Part shown: piece by piece, positions 1 to 9,339 of the stretch
Position numbering within the stretch: the first letter of the stretch is position 1
Layout: each line of letters starts with the position of its first letter
From: Patescibacteria group bacterium
GTDB lineage: Bacteria > Patescibacteriota > JABMPQ01 > JAQVVF01
Length of the DNA: 64,000 bases
Reading direction: 5' to 3'
Assembly (NCBI GenBank): GCA_041662665.1
Contig: JBAZSC010000003.1
Coordinates: 143,115 to 207,114 of the forward strand
Position numbers and translations under genes: made by a program
The notes under the pieces: model-generated
Database searches by the model: none
What the model saw: only the letters and a program-made list of their open reading frames with translations
Told to the model about the DNA's origin: nothing

Positions 1-1
1 T

Positions 2-1192
2 TTAGATAAATATTTTCAAATTGCGCCATGTTTTCGAGATGAAGATCCAAGAGCTGATCGTCATCCTGGTGATTTTTATCAAATTGATTTGGAGATGTCT
101 TTTGTTGAACAAGAAGATATTTGGAAAGTTATTGAGCCTTTGATGATTGAATTGACTGAAAAATTCTCAGATAAAAAAATAATTACAAAACCTTTTCCAA
201 GATTTACTTACAAAGAAGTAATGAGCAAATATGGATCTGACAAGCCGGATTTGAGATTTGATTTTGAAATAAAAGATATTTCGGATATTGTTAAAGATTG
301 TAAGTTCAAGGTTTTTAGTGATGCTGTAAAAAATGGTGGAGTTGTTAAAGCTCTAAATATAGAGGGTGGCGCTAAATTTTCAAGAAGTGAAATTGATAGT
401 TTAACGGATATTGCAAGAAGTAAAGGAGCAAAAGGGCTGGCTTATATCGTTGTTACTGGACCAAGTGATACTGATATTGCCAAGGGAACTTGTAAAATAG
501 AAGGCTATGATTTTTCTCTAAAATCTCCAATAGCAAAATTTTTGGATTACGAAGTGTTAATAAAAATAGTTAAAGAGCTAAAACCAAAAAATGGCGATAT
601 TATATTTTTTGGTGCTGATGTTTGGAAAACTGCTTGTACGTCTTTGGGAGCTGTTAGAGAAGAATGTGGTAAAAAATTAGGATTAAAAGATCCAAAAAAA
701 GCAGCTTGGCTGTGGATTTATGATTATCCAATGTATGATATGTCAGAATTAGAGCCTGGCAAAATTGATTTTTCACATAATCCTTTTTCGATGCCTCAAG
801 GTGGTATTAAAGCTTTGGAAGAAAAAGATCCATTAGAAATTTTAGCTTATCAATATGATATTGTTTGCAATGGATTTGAAGTAAGCTCTGGCGCAATTAG
901 AAACCATGATCCAAAAACAATGTACAAGGCTTTTGAAATTGCTGGATATTCAAAAGAAGATGTTGATTCTAAATTCGGTCATATGATTAAAGCTTTTGAA
1001 TTTGGCGCTCCTCCTCATGGTGGTTGCGCTCCTGGATTTGATAGATTGATGATGATATTATTAGAGTGTTCAAGTATTCGTGATATTTATGCTTTTCCAA
1101 AAAATGGTAAGGGGCAAGATGTCATGTTAGGCGCTCCATCTGTTGTTTCTGAAAAACAATTGAAGGAATTACATTTGAAAATAGTTGACTAG
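2..1192 (+). CDS. aspS: Aspartate--tRNA ligase, 5'-truncated by window edge
   Basis: Frame open from base 2: YFQIAPCFRDEDPRADR (motif 2), YGSDKPDLRF, GAD region, GAPPHGG..GFDRL (motif 3). Confidence 0.97.
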   Translation, partial: LDKYFQIAPCFRDEDPRADRHPGDFYQIDLEMSFVEQEDIWKVIEPLMIELTEKFSDKKIITKPFPRFTYKEVMSKYGSDKPDLRFDFEIKDISDIVKDCKFKVFSDAVKNGGVVKALNIEGGAKFSRSEIDSLTDIARSKGAKGLAYIVVTGPSDTDIAKGTCKIEGYDFSLKSPIAKFLDYEVLIKIVKELKPKNGDIIFFGADVWKTACTSLGAVREECGKKLGLKDPKKAAWLWIYDYPMYDMSELEPGKIDFSHNPFSMPQGGIKALEEKDPLEILAYQYDIVCNGFEVSSGAIRNHDPKTMYKAFEIAGYSKEDVDSKFGHMIKAFEFGAPPHGGCAPGFDRLMMILLECSSIRDIYAFPKNGKGQDVMLGAPSVVSEKQLKELHLKIVD

Positions 1193-1202
1193 GGCTTATA
1201 AC

Positions 1203-1270
1203 CTTCTACCCTGCCCACGGCAGGGGTTTAGTAGGTGTGAAAAACTACCTTTGCCATGGGCAAAGTAGAA
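1203..1270. repeat. Two copies, opposite orientation, of palindromic repeat family B (CCCCTGCCATGGGCAGGGTAGAAG-like)
   Basis: 1203-1226 is the reverse complement of the 40425-40449 copy; 1248-1270 is a forward variant. Confidence 0.7.
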
Positions 1271-1298
1271 TATTTTTAAAAATTAAAAACAAAAAATT

Positions 1299-2663
1299 AT
1301 GTTGAAGAAAATTATTTTTTCTTTGCTGGCATTGGTATTCATTCTGCCATTTTATTGCAGTGCAGATGGAGGTATATTACCGCCACCAGATTATTATGTT
1401 CGAGAAGACAGTCAAAAAGCAGTTATTGTGTATGATCAAGGTCTTGAAACTTTGATTTTGTCTGTTGAATTTTCTGGCGATGCAAAACAATTTGGTTGGG
1501 TGATTCCAACTCCAACTAGACCAGAAGTTTCAAAGTCTTCGGATGAGCTTTTTAAATCGTTAGATGATTTGACAGGTCAAACAAGAATATATGATCAAAA
1601 TTATGGTTTGGGAGTTGCGCCAATGGCTGAAAAAGAAGGCGTGACTGTTTTAGAAAGAAAGAAAATTGATATTTATGATATTGCAGTTTTAGAGTCAACT
1701 AGTTCTAAAGATTTAGCGACTTGGCTAAAAGATAATGGCTTTCAATATCCAGAAAATGAAGCTTATATTTTTGATGATTATATTAAGAATAATTGGGTAT
1801 TTACAGCTGTAAAGGTTCAGGCAGAGTTTTTGGATACTGTCGCTTCAAAAAGACTAAGCGAGGGTCGAGCAACTCCTTTGCAATTAGTTTTTAAATCAGA
1901 AAATATTGTTTATCCTTTAAAAATTTCGGCTGTTCAAGTTGAAAAAGCAAAACAAAAAAATGCAAATCAGATTTTGGATGACGAAAAAGATTTGTATACA
2001 ATTCAAGGCGAGACTGCTGTTTTGAAAGATGATTATATGTCAATTTATTATCCGCCAACTGAACCATATGTTGGAATTACTTTGTATGTTTTGGCAGATC
2101 ATAAAAAAAATGTACCAGGATTTACGACTGATTATGCAGGATTTGTGATGCCAAAACAGATTGAAAATTGGGCAGTTGTTTCTGGCAAGCCTTGGATGCA
2201 AACTTCTAAAAAATATTTTTTAACAAAGCTCTATGATTCAATGACAATTTCAGAAATGACTGATGATTTGTATTTGCGTGATGCTGATAATAATAAAACA
2301 GTTGGAACTGGAGTTGATCAAGGCTGGAAAACAGTGGCAAAAGAAATTTTGTACTTTTTCTTATATTTAATAATTTGGATTATTTCTCCGATTGGAATTA
2401 TCTTTTTAATTGCGACGTTAATTCAATTTTTAGCAAAATCAAATGTGGCGCATATTATTGCATGGGTTTTTCAGATTTTGATGTTTTTTGGAAATTTGAT
2501 TTTTGTAATTTTATTTAATTTAGCAAGTCTTGATACAACTTCAACATTTAAAATGTCTTTGGGATTAACTATTGCAAGTTATTTAACAATACTGATTATG
2601 ATAGTTGTTGCAATTTGTCAGGAAATGTATAAAAGAAAAAATTTGAACGAATTAAAAAAATAA
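1299..2663 (+). CDS. DUF2330-like exported protein with C-terminal transmembrane helices
   Basis: Signal peptide; QKAVIVYD..ETLILSVEFSGDAKQFGWVIPTP and L..WL..NGF motifs; 3 TM helices at C-terminus. Confidence 0.75.
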   Translation: MLKKIIFSLLALVFILPFYCSADGGILPPPDYYVREDSQKAVIVYDQGLETLILSVEFSGDAKQFGWVIPTPTRPEVSKSSDELFKSLDDLTGQTRIYDQNYGLGVAPMAEKEGVTVLERKKIDIYDIAVLESTSSKDLATWLKDNGFQYPENEAYIFDDYIKNNWVFTAVKVQAEFLDTVASKRLSEGRATPLQLVFKSENIVYPLKISAVQVEKAKQKNANQILDDEKDLYTIQGETAVLKDDYMSIYYPPTEPYVGITLYVLADHKKNVPGFTTDYAGFVMPKQIENWAVVSGKPWMQTSKKYFLTKLYDSMTISEMTDDLYLRDADNNKTVGTGVDQGWKTVAKEILYFFLYLIIWIISPIGIIFLIATLIQFLAKSNVAHIIAWVFQILMFFGNLIFVILFNLASLDTTSTFKMSLGLTIASYLTILIMIVVAICQEMYKRKNLNELKK

Positions 2664-2684
2664 ATAATAATTAATTATAAAATT

Positions 2685-3083
2685 ATGTCAGAAGGCGAGC
2701 CACAATTATCACAATCAGAAATAAAAGGTAGTACTAAAGGAAAAAGTATTACCAAAGAGGGAGAAAAAATGAGTTCAGAAGAATTATATCTTGAAGTAAA
2801 CGGATTGCTTCAAGCTTCTGCAGATGAATTGAGATCAATAAACCAAAAAAGGCAAGGAATGTTAGATAGGATAAAAGAGCTTGAACCAATGATAGAGGAA
2901 TGTATTGAAGTGTTAAGAGAAAAACACGAAGGTGAATATTTTGAGTATGTCAGCTTAAAAAGAGATTTGAAAGAATTATATACGCAGAAAGAAGTTATCT
3001 TTGAATTACAAAGGCAATTTGATAAATTTGCTGATCATTTAGCAAAATTAGTTTATGATATAAAGAAGAGGGAGACTAATTAA
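2685..3083 (+). CDS. Hypothetical coiled-coil protein
   Basis: 132-aa charged helical ORF with host-like codon style. Confidence 0.7.
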   Translation: MSEGEPQLSQSEIKGSTKGKSITKEGEKMSSEELYLEVNGLLQASADELRSINQKRQGMLDRIKELEPMIEECIEVLREKHEGEYFEYVSLKRDLKELYTQKEVIFELQRQFDKFADHLAKLVYDIKKRETN

Positions 3084-3099
3084 TTTAAATTAATAAAAT

Positions 3100-3441
3100 A
3101 TGAAAGAAGGAAGAGAGCCAATAGAAGGCATAGAATATCAAGAAATTTATTCTAGATACAAAGTTGAAATTGAAAAATACAAAGAAGAAATTGCTCAATA
3201 TGATCTATTGATAAAACATGAAGAAGAAAGAATGGCTGTTGCAAAAGTTGATTTAAAAAAACATGCTGATGATAAAAATCTATATGACTATATTCTAGAT
3301 AATTATGAGACACTCATGTTTCTTCGCGAAGAAAATATTATGTTAAGAAAAAGGGCAATCGATGAAATAGATCGTCTTGAAAAAATGGATAAAATTACAA
3401 CAAAAATGGCTTTAAATGTTAAGAAAGATGTGACAAATTAA
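3100..3441 (+). CDS. Hypothetical coiled-coil protein, possible paralog of upstream gene
   Basis: 113 aa; similar C-terminus (VKKDVTN vs IKKRETN). Confidence 0.7.
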   Translation: MKEGREPIEGIEYQEIYSRYKVEIEKYKEEIAQYDLLIKHEEERMAVAKVDLKKHADDKNLYDYILDNYETLMFLREENIMLRKRAIDEIDRLEKMDKITTKMALNVKKDVTN

Positions 3442-3445
3442 TTTT

Positions 3446-4015
3446 ATGATGAAGAAGTTTGAGAGTTTTCTAAAAAATAAAAAAGCAAAATATAAGGTAG
3501 TTTCGCATCGCAAGGTTTATACTGCTTGGGATAGTTCAGCGACACAACATATCAATATTAAAACTGTTGCAAAGACATTATTAGTTAAAGCAGATAATGA
3601 TTATTTTTTTGTTGTTTTATCTGCGAATAAAAAATTGGATATAAATAAGCTGAAGAAAATTATTAATGTTTGGCGTGTGAAAGAGGCTAAAACTTTAGAC
3701 AATATAAGAACTGCAACCACTAAAGCATCCGCCTTCGCTAAAGCTTCGGCGGACAGGCAAAAATTATTAAAAGCACAGAAAATTAAAAAAATTTCATTGT
3801 GTTCTGAAAATATTGTTAAGAAAAAAATTGTTGGCAAAGAAGGAGCGATGGCGCCATTCGGCAGTTTTTATGGTTATAAAACTTTTGTTGATTCATTGTT
3901 GTTAAAACAAAAGAAAATTAATTTAAATGCTGGTAGTTTTACTGAATCTCTGGAAATGACTCCAGCGAATTATAAAAAAGTAGAAGAACCAATTGTTGGA
4001 AGTTTTGGAAAATAA
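3446..4015 (+). CDS. YbaK/EbsC (aminoacyl-tRNA deacylase-like) protein with in-frame palindrome insertion
   Basis: H..VYTA, VAKTLLVKAD, GAMAPFG, NAGSFTESL motifs. Confidence 0.88.
   Translation: MMKKFESFLKNKKAKYKVVSHRKVYTAWDSSATQHINIKTVAKTLLVKADNDYFFVVLSANKKLDINKLKKIINVWRVKEAKTLDNIRTATTKASAFAKASADRQKLLKAQKIKKISLCSENIVKKKIVGKEGAMAPFGSFYGYKTFVDSLLLKQKKINLNAGSFTESLEMTPANYKKVEEPIVGSFGK
3728..3757 (+). repeat. Palindromic element A copy 1 (in frame, encodes SAFAKASADR)
   Basis: TCCGCC TTC GCT AA AGC TTC GGCGGA CAGG. Confidence 0.9.
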
Positions 4016-4090
4016 AGAATCGCGAATTTACACAAATTTTTCACAAATGATGCACTAATTATACGGATTAAAAAAATTTAAAAATTATAA

Positions 4091-4750
4091 ATGCGTGAAC
4101 AAGAAGCAATTCATGATGTTACAATGGAATCAGAAAAAAAATCTGAGTCTGGTTTAGAAATCGTTAAAAATGAAGATTCGGAAAAAGTTGTAGAAATTGC
4201 AAAAGATTTGAATGATAAAATAGATAAAAATGAACCAATTAAAGGTGAGGAAGTATTGGATTTAAGAGAGGCATTGCGAAAGATGAAGTTTGATTTTTAT
4301 GGTGAAAAAAAGACTGCAGATGAGATAAAGGAGATTCCTAACGTAAAAAGAAATATCGAAATATATGAAAATGGAGAAATTATAGATTTTGATGAAGTGA
4401 CTTATCTGCCAAAAGAAATTGCAGTCAAATTGATTGCAAAAGCAACCGAAGCAAATACAGCAATATTTTTAAGAGGTTTGCATTTTATTTCTGACGAAGT
4501 AGCATTATTACTTAGCAGATTTGTTGGTAATATTTATCTTGATGGTTTAGAAACAATTACTGATAAGCAAGCCGAATTGTTTTTGGAACATAGGGGAGGT
4601 ATTACTTTAAGCGGTTTAACTGATTTGTCAGATATTGGGGTTAGATACCTATCTCAAACTTCTGATTTTTATGATTTTCCACCAAAAATTAAAACAAGAA
4701 TTGAGAACTATAGAAATGCAGAAATACAACGTAAAATTAGAAAAATTTGA
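4091..4750 (+). CDS. Hypothetical protein with ~22-aa leucine-rich-like repeats
   Basis: Three LxGLxxxxD repeats: LRGLHFISD, LDGLETITD, LSGLTDLSD. Confidence 0.7.
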   Translation: MREQEAIHDVTMESEKKSESGLEIVKNEDSEKVVEIAKDLNDKIDKNEPIKGEEVLDLREALRKMKFDFYGEKKTADEIKEIPNVKRNIEIYENGEIIDFDEVTYLPKEIAVKLIAKATEANTAIFLRGLHFISDEVALLLSRFVGNIYLDGLETITDKQAELFLEHRGGITLSGLTDLSDIGVRYLSQTSDFYDFPPKIKTRIENYRNAEIQRKIRKI

Positions 4751-5417
4751 AGGGCCTTTGGATTTACTTTTGGATTTGATTGAAAAAGAAAAAATGGATA
4801 TTACTCATGTTTCATTATCAAAAGTAACAGATGATTATCTAAAATATTTAGAAAATTCAGAGGAAATTAGTCCAGCATTGTTGGCTGATTTTTTGCATGT
4901 GGCAGCACAATTGATTTTGATAAAATCAAGAAACTTATTGCCAGAAATTAATTTAGGAACAGATGAAGAAGTTTCAGCTGCAGAATTGCAAGCTAGATTG
5001 TTGGAATACAAGAAATATAAAGATTTGTCATTAAAAATTCAAGAATTATATGGCAAAAATATTTCTTTTGAACAAAAATTTAGTTTGCAAAAAATCGATG
5101 CTTTCTATCCAGGAAAAACTTTGAATTTAAATAATATGAACTTAGCTTTGTCTGAATTACTTGGTAGATTTGAAAAAATAGAAATATTGGAAAAGAAAAC
5201 AATCAAAAAGGCAGTGTCAATCAAAGAAAAAATTGTTTTTATAAAAGGATTGATTTTGAAGCAAGCAAAATTTAAATTTCATGATTTAATTAAAAATAAA
5301 AAATCAAAGTCTGAAACAATTGTTTCTTTTTTGGCATTGCTGGAATTGAATAAACAGCATTGCTTAAATATCTCGCAAGAAAATATTTTTGGAGATATAC
5401 TTATAAATCGCGACTAG
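4716..5417 (+). CDS. scpA: Segregation and condensation protein A
   Basis: Start moved to ATG 4716 (MQKYNVKLEKFEGPLDLLL); FLALLEL C-terminal motif; precedes scpB. Confidence 0.95.
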   Translation: MQKYNVKLEKFEGPLDLLLDLIEKEKMDITHVSLSKVTDDYLKYLENSEEISPALLADFLHVAAQLILIKSRNLLPEINLGTDEEVSAAELQARLLEYKKYKDLSLKIQELYGKNISFEQKFSLQKIDAFYPGKTLNLNNMNLALSELLGRFEKIEILEKKTIKKAVSIKEKIVFIKGLILKQAKFKFHDLIKNKKSKSETIVSFLALLELNKQHCLNISQENIFGDILINRD

Positions 5418-5462
5418 ATATTCGGATATTACGATATTCGGATATTAGAAATAAAAATATTT

Positions 5463-6026
5463 ATGCTAAACCTACACAGTGCATTAGAATCATTGATATT
5501 TGCATCAGGAAAACCAATTGAGATAAAAAAATTGGGAAAGATTTGCAATGTTGAAGAAAAAAAAGTTCAAGAGACTTTAAAAATTTTGAATAGAGAATAC
5601 GAAAAAAATGATCGAGGTTTAAGATTAATTTTGCAATCTGATGTTGTGCAAATGGTAACAAATCCAAAGAATTCTGAAATAGTAAAAAGTTTGTCATCTA
5701 GTGAGCTGGCTGAAGATTTGTCAGCTGTTTCTTTAGAAAGTTTGACTATTATTGCATATAAAGGTCCGATTACTCGAGCAGAGCTTGAAGCAATTCGCGG
5801 AGTTAATTGTTTGTATGTATTAAGGAATTTGTTGATCAGAGGTTTGATTGAAAAAAAACAGCATCCAAAAGACTCAAGATTAGGAATATATGCAGTAACA
5901 ACAAAATTTTTAAGACATTTGGGATTAAATAAAATTTCTGATTTGCCAAATTATGAAGAAATGAAAGCAAAAATAATTCAACCTGTAAATGAAAAAAAAG
6001 ATGAACCTGTAGTTTTGGCAAAATAA
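5463..6026 (+). CDS. scpB: Segregation and condensation protein B
   Basis: LESLIFASGKP; IIAYKGPITRAELEAIRGVN; FL..LGL....DLP. Confidence 0.95.
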   Translation: MLNLHSALESLIFASGKPIEIKKLGKICNVEEKKVQETLKILNREYEKNDRGLRLILQSDVVQMVTNPKNSEIVKSLSSSELAEDLSAVSLESLTIIAYKGPITRAELEAIRGVNCLYVLRNLLIRGLIEKKQHPKDSRLGIYAVTTKFLRHLGLNKISDLPNYEEMKAKIIQPVNEKKDEPVVLAK

Positions 6027-6113
6027 AAATAGTCTTGACTGGTATTTGATTTTTGTAATAAAAATGGTGTAAACTTTAATATTACGGAAATTTTAAAAAA
6101 TAAAATAAAATCT

Positions 6114-6695
6114 ATGGGAAAGTATTTCAGACCGTCATGGGATGACTATTTCATGGCGATTGCAAAGATCGTAGGAACAAGGGGGACTTGCGACAGACTG
6201 AGAGCTGGAGCAGTATTGGTAAAAGACAAAAGAATTATTTCAACAGGTTATAATGGCGCTCCTCCAGAATTAGGACATTGTGATGATATTGGTCATTTGA
6301 TGGAAGAAGGTCATTGTGTTAGAACGATTCATGGCGAGCATAATGCTATTTTGCAAGCTGCAGTATTGGGTGGTATTTCAACTGTTGGGTCAACATTGTA
6401 TACTCTTTATAATCCTTGTATTCATTGTGCAAAATATGTGGTAATGGCTGGAGTAAAAAGAGTAGTTATCGGTCAGATTTATCGTGGTGAAAAAGCATTA
6501 GAATATTTGAAAAAAGCTGGTTTGGAAATTGAATCATATAAACCAAGTTCAGAGTGGGATCAAAATTTGTTAAAATTATTTTCAGCAGAAATAGAAAAAG
6601 TTGAAGCAAAAGAAGGAAATGTAAAATTAGTTGAAGATAGTAATAAAATTGATGATTTGAATATTGTTCAACCAAATCAGACGGTCGCACTCTAA
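6114..6695 (+). CDS. dCMP deaminase (ComEB-like)
   Basis: RPSWDDYFM, STGYNGAP, HGEHNA, PCIHC zinc motifs. Confidence 0.92.
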   Translation: MGKYFRPSWDDYFMAIAKIVGTRGTCDRLRAGAVLVKDKRIISTGYNGAPPELGHCDDIGHLMEEGHCVRTIHGEHNAILQAAVLGGISTVGSTLYTLYNPCIHCAKYVVMAGVKRVVIGQIYRGEKALEYLKKAGLEIESYKPSSEWDQNLLKLFSAEIEKVEAKEGNVKLVEDSNKIDDLNIVQPNQTVAL

Positions 6696-6747
6696 TATGT
6701 TTTCGAATGTTTGCGAATTTATTTTCTAATTAACTAATTGAACTAAA

Positions 6748-7326
6748 ATGAAGCATAAAGTGATTGCTGTTGTAGGGATGCCAGGAGCGGGCAAAACTGA
6801 AGCAGCGATGTATTTATTAAAAAAAGGATTAAACAGAGTCTATTTTGGTGATTGTTGTTTTGATGAGATTAAAAAGAGAGGTTTAAAAACAAATGCCAAA
6901 ATTGAAAAAGAAATCAGAGAAGAATTAAGAAAAAAACATGGAATGGGTGCATTTGCAATTCTTTCAATGCCAAAAGTAAAAGATGCTTATAAAAAAGGAG
7001 ATGTAGTAATTGAAAGCATGTATTCTTGGGATGAATACAAAATAGTTAAAGACAAATTTAAGAATGATTTTAAAGTTATTGCAATTTGTGCTAACACTGA
7101 ACTTCGACACAAGAGATTAACAGGTAGAAAAGAATTGAAGCATGGTGTTGCTCGAAAATTTTCTTTGAAAGATGCAGCTGAAAGAGATTTTGTTCAAATC
7201 GAAAATATTGCAACAGGCGGACCGATTGCAATTGCTGATTACATTATTTTGAATGAAGGATCAAAGAAATCATTATTTGAAAATTTGGATAAAATTTTAA
7301 AAAAGTTAAAAGTAAGAATTAAGTAA
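6748..7326 (+). CDS. P-loop kinase, archaeal-type dephospho-CoA kinase-like (UPF0200)
   Basis: GMPGAGKT Walker A; LRKKHGMGAFA; GGPIAIADY. Confidence 0.75.
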   Translation: MKHKVIAVVGMPGAGKTEAAMYLLKKGLNRVYFGDCCFDEIKKRGLKTNAKIEKEIREELRKKHGMGAFAILSMPKVKDAYKKGDVVIESMYSWDEYKIVKDKFKNDFKVIAICANTELRHKRLTGRKELKHGVARKFSLKDAAERDFVQIENIATGGPIAIADYIILNEGSKKSLFENLDKILKKLKVRIK

Positions 7327-7337
7327 TTTTTTAAGAT

Positions 7338-7367
7338 AAAAGTCCTGCAAGAAACAGGACTTTTTTA
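7338..7367 (+). terminator. Intrinsic terminator
   Basis: AAAAGTCCTG-caagaaa-CAGGACTTTT followed by T-run. Confidence 0.75.
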
Positions 7368-7422
7368 TTGCTAAAAAACGTATTATTGGATAGAATTATG
7401 CTGAATTAATTAATATTTTTTT

Positions 7423-8661
7423 ATGATATTTGCACATGCGCCCGCAGGATATTTGATATTAAGATTCACAGAAAAATTTTGGAATAAGAAAAAAATTTTC
7501 AAAAAGAAAAAAAGATTGGTTTTATATTTAATTGGAATCATATTTTCTATTTTTCCTGATTTTGATTTGTTTTACCATTATTTTTATTCTGCGAACACTC
7601 CACATCGTCAGTATATTTCGCATGGAATTATTGTTTATCTTGTTTTGTTTTTGTTGATTTACTTGATTGGATTATTAGCAAAAAAACAGTTTATTAAATC
7701 AATTGCTTGGGTGATTTTGCTTGGTGTTTCTACTCATTTATTTCTAGATACTATTGCGTCTGGAATTGCTATTTTTACTCCATTATCTTCTATGATGATT
7801 GGATTAAGATCAATCTGGTTTTTAAAATACAGTTTTTTTACAACAAATTTGTTTTTGATAAATTGTTCTTTAGAATTGTTAATTACTCTTTTTGCGATTG
7901 ATGTTTTTGTCCATGATTTTGTTAAAAATGCAAAATTAAAATTAGGAATTTTTATTGCAAGTATTATAATTTTTATTTCTGGATTTATCGGTTTAGCTTA
8001 TGTGAATGCGCATATTTATAATGGCGGACATTTTGATGCTTATTTTGAAGATAATGACCATGATGGAATTATAAATTTGGTTGATTTTGATATTGATGGT
8101 AATGGAATTTTAAATATTAATGATGCAGATGCTAATGGAAATGGCTTTTCTAATAAAGAAGATATTTTGAGCGCGACAAATTTGATGATTGGCAGATGGT
8201 ACGATTTTACAGAAGGAAGTTGGGGCGAGCTTTTTTCTAGATGGGGATTATTAACAAATTCTGATTTGATATCAAAAACATATGAAGCAGCTGGAATTTA
8301 TTTTCAAACAGAATTTGATAAAGATTACAAAAATAATCCAAATGACTATGTTGGCGTACCTGATGATCCATTGTTTGATCGAAGGACAGAAAATATTTAT
8401 GCATTTTGTAAACATAATGATCGATTGTTTGATGGTAAGAATTTGGAAGTTGGAGATATTGTATTTTTTAATCTACCTTCGTCTGCTGACTCCGGTGGAC
8501 AAGGTAATGGTTTGGCAGGATTAGTAACTTCATTTGATAAAAATAAGGAAACTGATATAATAATAGGGGAACCTGGTAAGATGATATATGAAGAAAATTT
8601 AAACGTTTTGAATGAAAAAATGAATGGCGTAAAAGCATATTGTCGCATAGTTAAAAATTAA
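7423..8661 (+). CDS. YdjM-like membrane metal-dependent hydrolase fused to DxDxDG repeats and a DUF1287-like domain
   Basis: HAPAG, PDFD, HR...H, HLFLD in N-terminal half; DNDHDG/DIDGNG/DANGNG; D.R..N...F and GDIVFF in C-terminal half. Confidence 0.7.
   Translation: MIFAHAPAGYLILRFTEKFWNKKKIFKKKKRLVLYLIGIIFSIFPDFDLFYHYFYSANTPHRQYISHGIIVYLVLFLLIYLIGLLAKKQFIKSIAWVILLGVSTHLFLDTIASGIAIFTPLSSMMIGLRSIWFLKYSFFTTNLFLINCSLELLITLFAIDVFVHDFVKNAKLKLGIFIASIIIFISGFIGLAYVNAHIYNGGHFDAYFEDNDHDGIINLVDFDIDGNGILNINDADANGNGFSNKEDILSATNLMIGRWYDFTEGSWGELFSRWGLLTNSDLISKTYEAAGIYFQTEFDKDYKNNPNDYVGVPDDPLFDRRTENIYAFCKHNDRLFDGKNLEVGDIVFFNLPSSADSGGQGNGLAGLVTSFDKNKETDIIIGEPGKMIYEENLNVLNEKMNGVKAYCRIVKN
8472..8504 (+). repeat. 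Palindromic element A copy 2 (in frame, encodes LPSSADSGGQG)
   Basis: TCTACC TTC GTC TGCT GAC TCC GGTGGA CAAGG. Confidence 0.8.
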
Positions 8662-8678
8662 TAAAATAATTTTATAGG

Positions 8679-8750
8679 ATTGTTAAATTGTTTCATTGTT
8701 AAATTGTTAGCTAAAAAGTTAACAATTTATCAATTTAACATTAAGCAATA
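8679..8750. repeat. Intergenic ATTGTTAA-type direct repeats followed by inverted copies
   Basis: attgttaa/attgtttc/attgttaa/attgttag then taacaatt/tcaattta/taacatta; related tracts at 47706-47785 and 53821-53850. Confidence 0.7.
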
Positions 8751-8756
8751 AATGCT

Positions 8757-9212
8757 ATGCAAGTACAAGAAGTAATGACGAAGAAAATTGTCAAAATAAA
8801 AAAAGGGACAACGCTTCGAGAAGCGGCAAAAATTTTGATCAAAAATGATATAACTGGCGCGCCTGTAGTTAACGAAAAAAATAAAGTGATTGGCTTAATT
8901 TCTGAAAAGAATGTTTTTAGAGCGTTGTATCCAAATTATGAAGAATTTTATATTGATCTAGATATAATTGCAAAACCAAATACTTTGAATGACAGATTAA
9001 AAAATATTGTTGATTTGAAAGTTGAAAATTTTATGGTTCGTGATGTTATTTCAGCCTTGCCTTCTGATTCTTTAGTAAAAGTTGGCGGAATTATGATGGC
9101 ACGAGGCGTTCATCGAGTTTTAGTTGTTGATGAAAAAGATACTTTGCTTGGCGTTGTTAGCAGAAGAGACATTTATCCAGTAGTTTTTAAAATGTTGTTA
9201 AATATAAAATAA
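8757..9212 (+). CDS. CBS domain protein
   Basis: Two CBS repeats (VQEVMT..GAPVV..VIGLISEK; VENFM..LLGVVSRRD). Confidence 0.92.
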   Translation: MQVQEVMTKKIVKIKKGTTLREAAKILIKNDITGAPVVNEKNKVIGLISEKNVFRALYPNYEEFYIDLDIIAKPNTLNDRLKNIVDLKVENFMVRDVISALPSDSLVKVGGIMMARGVHRVLVVDEKDTLLGVVSRRDIYPVVFKMLLNIK

Positions 9213-9252
9213 CGAGTAACTAGTAATAAGTAACTAGTAATTAGTAATAAAT

Positions 9253-9282
9253 ATGCCAGAATTTCAGAGGTTGAGATAATTA
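9253..9282 (+). pseudogene. Relic 5' end of a mutM homolog
   Basis: atgccagaattt-cagaggttgagataatta aligns to mutM start atgcctgaattaccagaagtagaaacgatta with one deletion. Confidence 0.6.
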
Positions 9283-9318
9283 TCCGCCTTCGCTTTGCTA
9301 AGCTTCGGCGGACAAAGG
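9283..9318 (+). repeat. Palindromic element A copy 3
   Basis: TCCGCC TTC GCTT TGCT AAGC TTC GGCGGA CAAAGG. Confidence 0.9.
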
Positions 9319-9339
9319 ACGACAGTATAATATAATTTT

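Noticed and set aside
445-520. Extra segment in the AspRS GAD region (TGPSDTDIAKGTCKIEGYDF)
   Set aside because: It lies in a variable loop and its DNA matches none of the repeat families.
4635-4715. N-terminal extension of scpA in the ORF track
   Set aside because: It overlaps the upstream gene; ScpA similarity starts at ATG 4716.
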